From an uncultured Actinomycetes bacterium (GTDB lineage: Bacteria; Actinomycetota; Coriobacteriia; Anaerosomatales; CAMTYE01), in contig CAMTYE010000010.1 of assembly GCA_947085935.1 (NCBI GenBank), positions 6,907 to 70,906 of the forward strand: a DNA stretch of 64,000 nucleotides. Reading direction: 5' to 3'. Both the position numbers and the translations under genes were made by a program. Of the stretch, positions 29,356 through 38,009 are shown one piece after another. Position 1 is the first letter of the stretch, and the number at the start of each line of letters is the position of its first letter. The notes beneath the pieces are model-generated. The model ran no database searches. It worked only from the letters and a program-made list of their open reading frames with translations, and had not been told where the DNA came from.

Positions 29356-31263
29356 CTACCCTTTCACAACGATCCACAGCATGAGCAGCACGAGCGAGAA
29401 CACCGCGAGCCTCTGGTACGTCTGGATCTTGCCGGTCTGAATGCGGCGCACCCGCGCGCCGAGGTCGTTCGCGAGCGCAGCGGCCCCGTTGACCGCCCCG
29501 TCGATGACGCGCCTGTCAAACGTCCACGAGGCGTCGGCCAGAGCGCGCCAGCCCGAAGCGACGCCGTTGACCACACCGTCGACCCGCTTCAGGTCGAAAT
29601 CAGCCGCCCACGCGGCAAGGCGCATGAACGGCCTGATCAGGAAGAACTCGTAGGTCACGTCGAAGTAGAACTTCTGCGCGATGATGTCATACGCATAGTT
29701 GGCGCGCTGCTTGAGCGAGCGTGTGTTGAGCACGAGGTTGGGCCGCCCGTACGCCCACCAGCCGAGCGTCAGACCGGAGAGGGCCACAGCGCTCGAAACG
29801 CCGGCCGTCAGGGGATCGGGCCAGGGGATCTTGTGCCCGAAGAAGTCGCCGAGGGCAGGGCCGGCGAAGCCGATGACCGCGGTGATCCCGGCGAGCAGGA
29901 CCATCGGGCCGATCATCTCCCGGTGGCCCTCGTGCAGCTCATCTGCCTGATGCGGGCCTGCGAACACGCGGAACCACAGGCGCGCGACGTAGAACGCGGT
30001 CACGAACGCGGCGAGCAGCGAGACCACAAGCGCGAAGTAGTGATGCTCGTGCAGCAGGACGGTGAGAATCTCGTCCTTCGACCAGAATCCCGAGAACGGG
30101 AAGATGCCCGCGAGTGCGAGGGAACCGACGGTGAACGTCGCGGTGGTCCATGGCAGGTACCGGCGCAACCCGCCCATCTCGCGCATGTCCTGCGTGTGGT
30201 ACGCGTGGATGATCACGCCGGCACCCAGGAACAGCAGCGACTTGAAGAACGCGTGGGTCACCAGATGGTACATGCCGGCGACCATACTTCCGGCACCGAG
30301 AGCCACGAACATGTAGCCGAGCTGGCTGATCGTCGAGTACGCGAGCACCTTCTTGATGTCGTGCTGGACCGCGGCCATCAGGCCGCCGAGGAGTGCGGTG
30401 GTCGCCCCGACCGCGAGCGTGAGTCCGATGGCCGTGGGGCTCGCCTCGAAGATCGGCATGGCCCTGGCCACCAGGTACACGCCGGCTGCGACCATCGTCG
30501 CCGCATGGATCAGCGCCGAGGCCGGAGTCGGACCCGCCATGGCATCCGGCAACCAGACGTGCAGCGGCACCTGAGCGGACTTGCCCATCGCGCCGAAGAG
30601 GAGCAGCAGCGATACGAGCGTGGCCGCCGGAGCCGTCCAGGCGTGCTCATGAAGCACCTGACTGAAGGAGAACGAACCGGCGATGTTCCACATCGCGAAC
30701 AGGCCTATGGCGAAGCCGACGTCACCCACGCGGGTCGTCATGAACGCCTTCATCGACGCCTTGCGTGGCGCCTCGCGCTCGTGCCAGAACCCGATGAGCA
30801 GGTAGGAGCACAGGCCCATGACCTCCCACGCGAGATACAGCAGCAGGAAGTTGTCGGCGAGGACCAGCGTGAGCATCGCTGCCGTGAACAGCGAGAGCAC
30901 GGCGAAGTACCAACCCACACGCTCTTCGCGGTGCATGTATCCGAGCGAGTAGATCTGCACGCACGCGCCCACCACCGTGATCACGATGAGCATCGCTGCG
31001 GCGATCGGGTCGAGCTGGAAGCCCATGTCGAGCGGAATGCCGCCGATCGTGCCGAGGGTGAATGACTGGTGCCACAGGGGCTCCTCGGCAAGCTCGTGCC
31101 CACCCGGCCAGACCGCCGCGAACGCGGCGATCGAGAGGGCCAGCGCGCCCAGGATGCCTGCTAGCGAGATCCACCGGGCACGGTTGCGCACCGCGCGCGA
31201 CATCGGCACGAGCAGCACGAATGCGAGCGCGGGGAGCAGCGGTATGGCGAATACGTATCCCAC
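29356..31263 (-). CDS. nuoL: NADH-quinone oxidoreductase subunit L
   Basis: 635 aa antiporter-like subunit with the long C-terminal extension typical of NuoL. Confidence 0.9.
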   Translation of the reverse strand: MGYVFAIPLLPALAFVLLVPMSRAVRNRARWISLAGILGALALSIAAFAAVWPGGHELAEEPLWHQSFTLGTIGGIPLDMGFQLDPIAAAMLIVITVVGACVQIYSLGYMHREERVGWYFAVLSLFTAAMLTLVLADNFLLLYLAWEVMGLCSYLLIGFWHEREAPRKASMKAFMTTRVGDVGFAIGLFAMWNIAGSFSFSQVLHEHAWTAPAATLVSLLLLFGAMGKSAQVPLHVWLPDAMAGPTPASALIHAATMVAAGVYLVARAMPIFEASPTAIGLTLAVGATTALLGGLMAAVQHDIKKVLAYSTISQLGYMFVALGAGSMVAGMYHLVTHAFFKSLLFLGAGVIIHAYHTQDMREMGGLRRYLPWTTATFTVGSLALAGIFPFSGFWSKDEILTVLLHEHHYFALVVSLLAAFVTAFYVARLWFRVFAGPHQADELHEGHREMIGPMVLLAGITAVIGFAGPALGDFFGHKIPWPDPLTAGVSSAVALSGLTLGWWAYGRPNLVLNTRSLKQRANYAYDIIAQKFYFDVTYEFFLIRPFMRLAAWAADFDLKRVDGVVNGVASGWRALADASWTFDRRVIDGAVNGAAALANDLGARVRRIQTGKIQTYQRLAVFSLVLLMLWIVVKG

Positions 31264-31265
31264 GC

Positions 31266-31577
31266 CTACCCCTTCAGCCGTTCCATAGTGGAGAGCTCGA
31301 CCGAGCGCGACTGGCGGTAGATGGCCAGCACGAGCGCGAGTCCGAGCCCGATCTCAGCCGCCGAGACGACCATCGAGAAGATCGCGAAGAACTGTCCGGT
31401 GGCCAGCGCCGGCGTCGTGAAGCGAGAGAACGCGATCAGGTTGAGGTTCACTGCCCCGGCCATGAGCTCCAGAGACATCAGCACCATGACCGCGGAGCGC
31501 TTGGAGACCGCGCCATAGAGCCCGAGCGCGAAGAGCACCGCAGCGAGGCCCAGAACGACTTCGAGTCCGACCGTCAC
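31266..31577 (-). CDS. nuoK: NADH-quinone oxidoreductase subunit K
   Basis: ORF trimmed to GTG 31577, which overlaps the nuoJ stop (GTGA). About 103 aa, three TM segments, with LELMAGAVNLNLIAF and the AAEIGLGLA motif. Confidence 0.88.
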   Translation of the reverse strand: MTVGLEVVLGLAAVLFALGLYGAVSKRSAVMVLMSLELMAGAVNLNLIAFSRFTTPALATGQFFAIFSMVVSAAEIGLGLALVLAIYRQSRSVELSTMERLKG

Positions 31578-32086
31578 CGGCGCTTTCCCTCCCCCGACCA
31601 CCAGACCGCGGCGACGAGCGCCACGAGCAGGACGAGCGAGGCGATCTCGAACGGCAGAACCCATCCGCCTTCGAGATCGAAGAGCAGCATCCCGAGCGCG
31701 GCCGTATCGAGCGGCGCCCCGGGCATGGCCACCTCGGGAGCGGAGAAGCGGCTCAGTCCCGCGAAGACGATCCCGCCGAACGTCAGCGCCAGCGCAGCCG
31801 CGCCCAAAGAGGCGTCGAGCGGCCGAATCGCGTCTTCGCGTCGCCGCAGCGTGAGCATGATGACAAAGAGCAGGAGGACCGAGACCGCGCCTGCATAGAC
31901 CAGCACCTGCACGAGTGCGAGGAACTCGGCTGAGAGCAGCAGGAACAGCCCGGCGAGGGCGAGCATCACCTCGAGCACCCAGAATGCGGCGTGCACGACA
32001 TTGTGCGAGGCGAGGACTCCGACGGAACCGCCCACGGCGGCGACTGCCAGGATGCCGAATGCGATGGCGTTGACGCTCTCAGGCAT
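31574..32086 (-). CDS. nuoJ: NADH-quinone oxidoreductase subunit J
   Basis: ORF trimmed to ATG 32086, overlapping the nuoI end by 8 nt. About 170 aa membrane protein in the correct operon position. Confidence 0.85.
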   Translation of the reverse strand: MPESVNAIAFGILAVAAVGGSVGVLASHNVVHAAFWVLEVMLALAGLFLLLSAEFLALVQVLVYAGAVSVLLLFVIMLTLRRREDAIRPLDASLGAAALALTFGGIVFAGLSRFSAPEVAMPGAPLDTAALGMLLFDLEGGWVLPFEIASLVLLVALVAAVWWSGEGKRR

Positions 32087-32555
32087 CGTCGGCCTCCTTC
32101 TCTGTCTCCGGGGTCGAGCCTGCGCCGGCGGGCCTGGGCTCACGCTTGGGCCTGGCCGCGGCGGTGTCGGTGAGCAGGTCGTAGGTGAGGTCCTCGGGAG
32201 CGGTGACCGCAAGCTCGTAGTCATGGCTCATATGAATGGCATCGAACGGGCACGCCTCGACGCACAGGCCGCACATCATGCAGGCGCCCAGCTCGTACCG
32301 GAAGATGTCGATATGCTTGGACTTGTCCTCGGCCACCGTCATCTGAAGGTCGAGGATATGATCGGGACAGACCCGCACGCACGACATGCACGCGGTGCAC
32401 TTGTGATTTCCTTCGGCGTCGAACGTGGGCGCCACGGACCACCGCGCACGCTCGGGCAGCTCGTACCTCTCGTAGGGGTACTTGAGCGTGATGGGGCCCC
32501 GCAGCATGTTGCGCATCGTGATGCGCATGCCCTTGATCAGACCGCTGCCCCACAT
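32079..32555 (-). CDS. nuoI: NADH-quinone oxidoreductase subunit I (2x[4Fe-4S])
   Basis: CTACMSCVRVCP and CMMCGLCVEACP motifs. 158 aa. Confidence 0.9.
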   Translation of the reverse strand: MWGSGLIKGMRITMRNMLRGPITLKYPYERYELPERARWSVAPTFDAEGNHKCTACMSCVRVCPDHILDLQMTVAEDKSKHIDIFRYELGACMMCGLCVEACPFDAIHMSHDYELAVTAPEDLTYDLLTDTAAARPKREPRPAGAGSTPETEKEADDA

Positions 32556-32556
32556 C

Positions 32557-33576
32557 TCAGCTCACCCCCTGACCGAGGGTGAAGAGCTTCCACACGGTGC
32601 CGAACACGATGATCCACGCGAGGTTGATCGGGATGAGCCACTTCCAGCCGACCTGCATGAGCTGGTCGATACGAACGCGGGGGAACGTCCCCCGGATCCA
32701 CATGATCACGAAGATCCCGAGGTAGACCTTGAACATGAAGATGAACGGCGCGAACGGCGCGACGAGCTCGACGGGAACCCAGGGGAGCATCCATCCGCCG
32801 AAGAAGAGCGTCACGCCAAGCGCGGAGATGACGAACTGGTTGCTGAACTCGGAAAGGAAGAGCAGACCGAACTTCATGGCCGAGTACTCGGAGGCGAATC
32901 CGGCTACGAGCTCCGACTCGGCCTCAGACATATCGAAGGGCGTCGCGTTGAGCTCGACGAGGCCGGCGATCCAGAAGAGGACGAAGGTCGGCCAGAAGCC
33001 GGGGAACAGGATGTTCCACCGCGGGATGAAGCCCAGCCATGTGCCCGACTGGGCCTCCACGATCGTCCCGAGGTTCATCGTTCCGGCGAACATGACGATC
33101 GGCAGAACCGACAGCAGCAGGGGGACTTCGTAGGCGATCTGCTGTGCCGCCGATCGCATACCGCCCAGCAGCGACCACTTGTTCGCCGATGCCCAGCCGG
33201 CCATGAGGATGCCGATGGGAACGATCGACAGCGCAGCGAACGTGAACAGAAGGCCCGTATCGAGTGCGGTGATCTTCCACGTCCCCGAGAACGGCAGGGC
33301 GGCATAGGCCAGAAGCGACGGGGTGAAGACGACTGCGGGTGCGAGCGCGAAGAGGATACGATCGACCGCCGAAGGCGTCACGTCCTCTTTCGTGAGCAAC
33401 TTGAGTACGTCGTACGGCGTCTGCAGCAGTCCCTGCCAGCCGTTATGGATCGGTCCGTAGCGGAGGTGCAGGTGGCCGAGGACCCGGCGGAGCATCCAGA
33501 TGAGGATGACGCCGTTGAACAGCATGAGCCCGAGGGCGGCCAGTATCCTGAGCAGCGCGACGAGCAGCGGGCTCAC
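32557..33576 (-). CDS. nuoH: NADH-quinone oxidoreductase subunit H
   Basis: ORF trimmed to GTG 33576 (GTGA overlap with the nuoD stop). LRYGPIHNGWQGLLQ and the following polytopic sequence are typical of NuoH. Confidence 0.88.
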   Translation of the reverse strand: MSPLLVALLRILAALGLMLFNGVILIWMLRRVLGHLHLRYGPIHNGWQGLLQTPYDVLKLLTKEDVTPSAVDRILFALAPAVVFTPSLLAYAALPFSGTWKITALDTGLLFTFAALSIVPIGILMAGWASANKWSLLGGMRSAAQQIAYEVPLLLSVLPIVMFAGTMNLGTIVEAQSGTWLGFIPRWNILFPGFWPTFVLFWIAGLVELNATPFDMSEAESELVAGFASEYSAMKFGLLFLSEFSNQFVISALGVTLFFGGWMLPWVPVELVAPFAPFIFMFKVYLGIFVIMWIRGTFPRVRIDQLMQVGWKWLIPINLAWIIVFGTVWKLFTLGQGVS

Positions 33577-34781
33577 CGGTCCACCTCCCCGAGCATGATG
33601 TCGAGCGAACCGACGATCATGACCGCATCGGCGAGAAGATGGCCGGGCAGTATCTCCTCGAGCACCTGGCACGCGTAGAGCGAGCCGGACCGATAGTGGA
33701 AGCGGGCGGGGTTGACCGAGCCGTCGGCGATGATGTGGACGCCGGTCTCCCCTCTGCTGGACTCCGTGGCGGCGTAGATCTCGCCCTCAGGAACCCGCAG
33801 CACCTTGGGGACCCTGGCGGTATGCTCGCCTTCGGGCATTCCGTCGAGGCACTGACGGATCATGCGGAGCGCCTGGCGCATCTCTTCCATGCGCACCATG
33901 TACCGGTCCCACGCATCACCGATCGTGCCCACCGGCACGTCGAACTCAAGCTCGGGGTACGCATCGTACGGCCTGTCGCGTCGCACATCGAAGCCGATGC
34001 CGGTAGCGCGCAGGTTCGCGCCCGTCAGGCCGAAGGCGAGCGCGGTATCGCGCGGAATGGCCCCGACACCTTTGACCCGGTGCTGGAATATCTCGTTGCC
34101 GCCGAGGAGGTCGTGGTGCTCCTCGAGGTAGCCGTCGAATCCGTCGCAGAACGAACGGATCATCGCGTCGATGCCTACCGGCAGGTCCGCGACGACACCG
34201 CCCGGTCGAACGTAGTTGAACATCATGCGCTGACCGCTCACGGTCTCGAGTATGTCGAGAAGCACCTCGCGGTCTCGAACCGCGTACAGGAACTGCCCCA
34301 TGGCTCCGGTATCCAGGCCGAACGTGCCGAACCAGACCAGGTGGCTCGCGATCCGCGTGATCTCGGCCATGAGGGTACGGATGTAGCGCGCCTTGGCGGG
34401 GACCTCTATCTCGAGCATGCGCTCGACCGCGAGGGCCACGGCCTGCTCGCCATGGATACCGCTCACGTAGTCGCCGCGGTCCATGAGCGTGCCGAGCTGC
34501 TCGTAGCGGCGCGACTCGGCGAGCTTCTCGATGCCGCGGTGCAGGTAGCCAAGGGACGTCTCGGCAGCCACGATCTCTTCGCCGTCCACCTCGATGACGA
34601 GGCGCAGTACGCCGTGGGTCGAGGGGTGCTGCGGGCCCATGTTGATGATCAGGTGCTCGGTTGTGAGCCCGTCGACGCCGCTCGGCGTCCTCTTGATGCT
34701 CGCGGGCGGTCGCCCGGGGTTGTAGGTGCCCTCGGCAGCCAGTGATCCCGTCTCGAGGATGATGTTGCGCGCGTCGATCAC
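33573..34781 (-). CDS. nuoD: NADH-quinone oxidoreductase subunit D
   Basis: ORF trimmed to GTG 34781 (GTGA overlap with the nuoC stop). NMGPQHPSTHGVLRL and the C-terminal LGEVDR motif. Confidence 0.9.
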   Translation of the reverse strand: MIDARNIILETGSLAAEGTYNPGRPPASIKRTPSGVDGLTTEHLIINMGPQHPSTHGVLRLVIEVDGEEIVAAETSLGYLHRGIEKLAESRRYEQLGTLMDRGDYVSGIHGEQAVALAVERMLEIEVPAKARYIRTLMAEITRIASHLVWFGTFGLDTGAMGQFLYAVRDREVLLDILETVSGQRMMFNYVRPGGVVADLPVGIDAMIRSFCDGFDGYLEEHHDLLGGNEIFQHRVKGVGAIPRDTALAFGLTGANLRATGIGFDVRRDRPYDAYPELEFDVPVGTIGDAWDRYMVRMEEMRQALRMIRQCLDGMPEGEHTARVPKVLRVPEGEIYAATESSRGETGVHIIADGSVNPARFHYRSGSLYACQVLEEILPGHLLADAVMIVGSLDIMLGEVDR

Positions 34782-35236
34782 CGGTTGCGCACCTCCTCGG
34801 CGGTCCGCACGGGAACGGACTTGCGAAGCAGGGGCGCGATGCCTTCGGTCGTGAAGAGGCGATGCGGGTTGGGGTGCCCCGCAAGCACGAAGCCGAGAAG
34901 CTCGGCCGCCTCCCGCTCGGGCAGAAGCGCTGCGGGATAGACGTTCCAAACCGAGTGCAGCTCGCCGTCGTAGGGCACGAGCAGCCGGACGTACATCTCC
35001 TCGTCGCGGGTGAGCGAGCGCAGGTGGTAGGTGATCTCGATCTGCTCGCCGGTGTCGGTGCCGAACATGTCTGCGAGCATGCGGAAGTCCAGCGCGCTGT
35101 CGCGCAACGCTTCGAGCGCTGTCAGGTTCTCGGCCGCCGAGATGCGCGCGACAAGCCCGGGGCCTGTCTGCTCGATCTCGGCGTTGACCGAGGCCGCTGC
35201 GAGGGCGGAGCTAACGGCTGTCGCGTCGGGCAGCAA
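34778..35236 (-). CDS. nuoC: NADH-quinone oxidoreductase subunit C
   Basis: ORF trimmed to TTG 35236, preceded by GGAGGAG. It contains the [18 protein letters not shown] motif. The start choice is uncertain. Confidence 0.8.
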   Translation of the reverse strand: MLPDATAVSSALAAASVNAEIEQTGPGLVARISAAENLTALEALRDSALDFRMLADMFGTDTGEQIEITYHLRSLTRDEEMYVRLLVPYDGELHSVWNVYPAALLPEREAAELLGFVLAGHPNPHRLFTTEGIAPLLRKSVPVRTAEEVRNR

Positions 35237-35714
35237 GGCGCTCCTCCGTCTGATTGCGGACCTTCTCTGCGAGCATGAGGAATCCGTGCTGGACCGATTC
35301 CGGCCTGGGCGGGCAGCCCGGGACGTACACGTCGACCGGGATGATCTTGTCGACACCCAGGACCACGTTCGGGTACTCGCGGAACGGGCCTCCCGTGCAC
35401 GCGCACGCGCCCATCGCGATGACCCATTTGGGCTCGGGCATCTGGTCGTAGAGCACGCGCACCGTCTGGGCCATCTTATGGTTGACGGTGCCTGCGACTA
35501 TCATCACGTCGGCCTGACGCGGAGAGGCCCGGAAGAAGACGCCCATGCGGTCGAAGTCGAAGCGCGGACCGCTGGCGTGCATCAGGCCTTCGATCGCACA
35601 ACAGGCGATGCCGAACGCCATGTACCAGAGGGACTTGCTGCGGGCGAAATCGAAGAGCTGCTCGCTGCGAATGAAGGCGAGGGAGTTCTCGCCTGTGAGT
35701 CGGTCTATCGCCAT
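35211..35714 (-). CDS. nuoB: NADH-quinone oxidoreductase subunit B
   Basis: ORF trimmed to ATG 35714 (AGGAGGGGG RBS). [16 protein letters not shown] and VPGCPPRP are the N2-cluster motifs. Confidence 0.9.
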   Translation of the reverse strand: MAIDRLTGENSLAFIRSEQLFDFARSKSLWYMAFGIACCAIEGLMHASGPRFDFDRMGVFFRASPRQADVMIVAGTVNHKMAQTVRVLYDQMPEPKWVIAMGACACTGGPFREYPNVVLGVDKIIPVDVYVPGCPPRPESVQHGFLMLAEKVRNQTEERLAARRDSR

Positions 35715-36061
35715 GCGAGCGCCCCCTCCTTCCACGCGTACACAAGCCCGAACGCCAGAATGGAGACGAAGATGACCATCTCCACGAGCATGAACAGGCC
35801 CATCTGGTTGAAGGCGACCGCCCACGGATAGAGGAACACCGTCTCGATATCGAAGACCACGAAGAGCAGCGCATAGACGTAGTACCCGACACGGAACTGA
35901 ACCCAGGGAGGACCGATCGGCTGGCTGCCACACTCGTAGGTGGTCGCCTTCTCGGCTGAGGGGGCCGTGGGCGACAGGATATTGGACACGGTGACAGTGG
36001 CCGCCGTGAACAGGAGGCCGATGAGTACGAAGCCGCCCAGTATCAGGTAATCGAGTGCCAC
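35705..36061 (-). CDS. nuoA: NADH-quinone oxidoreductase subunit A
   Basis: 118 aa, three TM segments, with YECG and [15 protein letters not shown] motifs. First gene of the operon. Confidence 0.9.
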   Translation of the reverse strand: MALDYLILGGFVLIGLLFTAATVTVSNILSPTAPSAEKATTYECGSQPIGPPWVQFRVGYYVYALLFVVFDIETVFLYPWAVAFNQMGLFMLVEMVIFVSILAFGLVYAWKEGALAWR

Positions 36062-36172
36062 AGCCAGCTCTCCGTCCCGCCCTCAGACCATGTGGGCCGT
36101 TCCCATGGGTCAGGATACGGCAGCGCCCGCAAGGGGGGAATCTCCCACCCGTGGGGCGCCAGGGTTCGGTGG

Positions 36173-36201
36173 AAGGTAACATAGGTTACATCGCGATTCA
36201 A
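36173..36201 (-). promoter_or_regulatory. Candidate nuo promoter overlapping an imperfect palindrome
   Basis: On the minus strand: TTGAAT, 17 nt spacer, TACCTT, inside an AT-richer island. The spacer carries GTAAC-N4-GTTAC (36176..36189). About 105 nt upstream of nuoA. Confidence 0.3.
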
Positions 36202-36296
36202 GGAGTACGGGGGCACCCCATCGGGCAAAGGCATGATTCTCGCTGCGAGCGGCCGAACCCCGGCCGTCCGCCGTCAAGAACGGCACGGCATAAACG

Positions 36297-36662
36297 GTGC
36301 CGCACCGGACCATTGGAGAGCACGTGACGCAAGCGCAGACCTCGCTATTCCGCCAACTGACGCTCGCCTTCGTCGCCGTCTCGGTGATTCCCATCCTCCT
36401 GGCCACGTACATCGGCGTGGATGGGTTCCTCACGCAAACGAACCAGGAAGCCACCCGCACCGCTGCGGCGGCGCGCGAGATCGCCGCTGCAGCCGATCAG
36501 CAGCGGGCGGCCTCCGAGCAGGTCGTCCAGGCGATGCAGCACGTCTCCCTCGCGGCGTCTGAGACGGTCGCGGCCGCCCGGCAGGTGGGGGAGGGCGCGG
36601 TCGGTGAGATATCGGGGCGCAGCGAGGACCTCAACAGCTCTCTCGACGGTTTCCGGGTCTAG
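36297..36662 (+). CDS. Mini MCP-like protein: one TM helix plus only the C-terminal helix of a methyl-accepting chemotaxis signalling domain
   Basis: Hydrophobic segment LTLAFVAVSVIPILLATYI. It is followed by REIAAAADQQRAASEQVVQAMQHV...LNSSLDGFRV, which resembles the descending helix and C-terminal end of MCP signalling domains. The start is uncertain (GTG 36297 or GTG 36324). Confidence 0.4.
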   Translation: MPHRTIGEHVTQAQTSLFRQLTLAFVAVSVIPILLATYIGVDGFLTQTNQEATRTAAAAREIAAAADQQRAASEQVVQAMQHVSLAASETVAAARQVGEGAVGEISGRSEDLNSSLDGFRV

Positions 36663-36698
36663 GACCGCGCGTCCGGGCCTCAAGACCGTGAAACGCGC

Positions 36699-36730
36699 AG
36701 AAGAGCGGCACGAAGTCGTGCCGCTCTTCT
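36699..36730. terminator. Bidirectional stem-loop terminator
   Basis: Perfect 12-13 bp stem GAAGAGCGGCAC / GTGCCGCTCTTC with a 6 nt loop. It sits between the convergent mini-MCP ORF and tRNA-Thr. Confidence 0.6.
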
Positions 36731-36739
36731 CTATGTCTC

Positions 36740-36815
36740 TGGAGCCGACGAGGGGACTCGAACCCCTGACCTGCGCATTACGAGTGCGCTGCTCTACCAG
36801 CTGAGCTACGTCGGC
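36740..36815 (-). tRNA. tRNA-Thr (anticodon CGU), CCA end encoded
   Basis: The reverse complement folds as a 76 nt cloverleaf: acceptor GCCGACG/CGTCGGC, D arm GCTC..GAGC, anticodon stem GCGCA/TGCGC with loop CTCGTAA, T arm AGGGG-TTCGAGT-CCCCT, and terminal CCA. Confidence 0.93.
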
Positions 36816-36821
36816 GAATGA

Positions 36822-38009
36822 CTACTGTGCGCTGTCCTTACCTGCCCCGCCCGCGGGCCTTCTTCTGCGGCGCCTGCGTCCGGCGGGCTTGGCGGCCTGC
36901 GCCTCGCCCTGCGCCTCGGCGGGTGCTGCACCCTTCGCCTTGCCGGCGGACTCCTCGGCCTTGGGAGCCTCGGACTTCCTGCCGCTCTTCTTCCCTTCGG
37001 CTCCCGAGCGCGAACGGCGCTTGGGCTCGCCCTGCGGCGGGGCCGCCTGCGGTGCAGGCTTACCCGAACCGCCCCTTCGCGAGGATCGACCGCCCTCACG
37101 GCGCGGTGACTCGCTCAGCTCGCGAACAGGAGCACTCATCGAAGCAGGCAGGGCGACGCCCGCCTCCTCAAGAGCCTCCCGATTGACGGAACACGGGCAA
37201 CCCTGACCCTTGCAGCACTCCATCGTGGAGAGCGGCACCGTGAGCGTCGTGCCCGCCTCGGGCACTCGGATGGTCACCGTCTCCTTGGGAGTGTTGAGGT
37301 CGATGACCTTGCCCTCGCCCACCGGAGTCTCCACCATCGCGCCACGTTTGGGTGCCCGGGACTTGAAGTCCTTGTAGGCGTCGTACTCGTAGCGCAGACA
37401 GCACATGAGTCTGCCGCACAGTCCGCTGATTTTCAAGGGGTTGAGCGGCAAATCCTGCTCTTTCGCCATGCGGATCGAGACCGGCTGGAAATCACCGGTG
37501 AAGCGATCGCAGCACAGCTGCTGACCGCAGTGCCCGAGACCGCCCACCATGCGAGCTTCATCGCGCACGCCGATCTGGCGCATGTCGATGCGGACCTTGA
37601 AGCGGGATGCGAGTTCGCGAACCAGTTCGCGGAAGTCGACCCTCTCCTCGGCGGCGAAATAGAAGATCATCTTGCCGCCGTCGATGAGCATCTCGACGTT
37701 GACCGGCTTCATGTCGAGCTTGTGCTGCTTGACGAGATCGCGAAAGACCGCGAGCGCCTCGCCCTCGGTCGCCCGCGCTTTTGCGTCACGATCGAGTTCG
37801 GCCTCGCTGGCCGCGCGCAGGACCGGCTTGAGCGGCGCAGCGAGATCGGAGACCGCGACATCGTGCGGCGCTTCGACCACCTCGCCGAGCTCTTCGCCTC
37901 GCTCCGTCTGCACGATGACGGCATCACCGAGCGTGCAGTCCAGGCCGGCTGGATCGAACGACAGTACACGAGCAGCGAACCTGAGTTTGACTCCCACTAC
38001 CGTGGGCAC
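36822..38009 (-). CDS. yaaT: PSP1-domain protein (YaaT/RicT-like) with a long basic Ala/Lys/Arg/Glu-rich C-terminal tail
   Basis: N-terminal PSP1 pattern with the CGRLMCCLRYEY motif. Conserved tmk-holB-yaaT synteny. The last ~100 aa are low complexity. Confidence 0.85.
   Translation of the reverse strand: MPTVVGVKLRFAARVLSFDPAGLDCTLGDAVIVQTERGEELGEVVEAPHDVAVSDLAAPLKPVLRAASEAELDRDAKARATEGEALAVFRDLVKQHKLDMKPVNVEMLIDGGKMIFYFAAEERVDFRELVRELASRFKVRIDMRQIGVRDEARMVGGLGHCGQQLCCDRFTGDFQPVSIRMAKEQDLPLNPLKISGLCGRLMCCLRYEYDAYKDFKSRAPKRGAMVETPVGEGKVIDLNTPKETVTIRVPEAGTTLTVPLSTMECCKGQGCPCSVNREALEEAGVALPASMSAPVRELSESPRREGGRSSRRGGSGKPAPQAAPPQGEPKRRSRSGAEGKKSGRKSEAPKAEESAGKAKGAAPAEAQGEAQAAKPAGRRRRRRRPAGGAGKDSAQ

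Noticed and set aside
36062-36296. Rex-type or other known operator upstream of nuoA.
   Set aside because: The GTAAC-N4-GTTAC palindrome does not match the Rex consensus (TTGTGAA-N4-TTCACAA) or any site I can name. It is retained only as part of a low-confidence promoter call.
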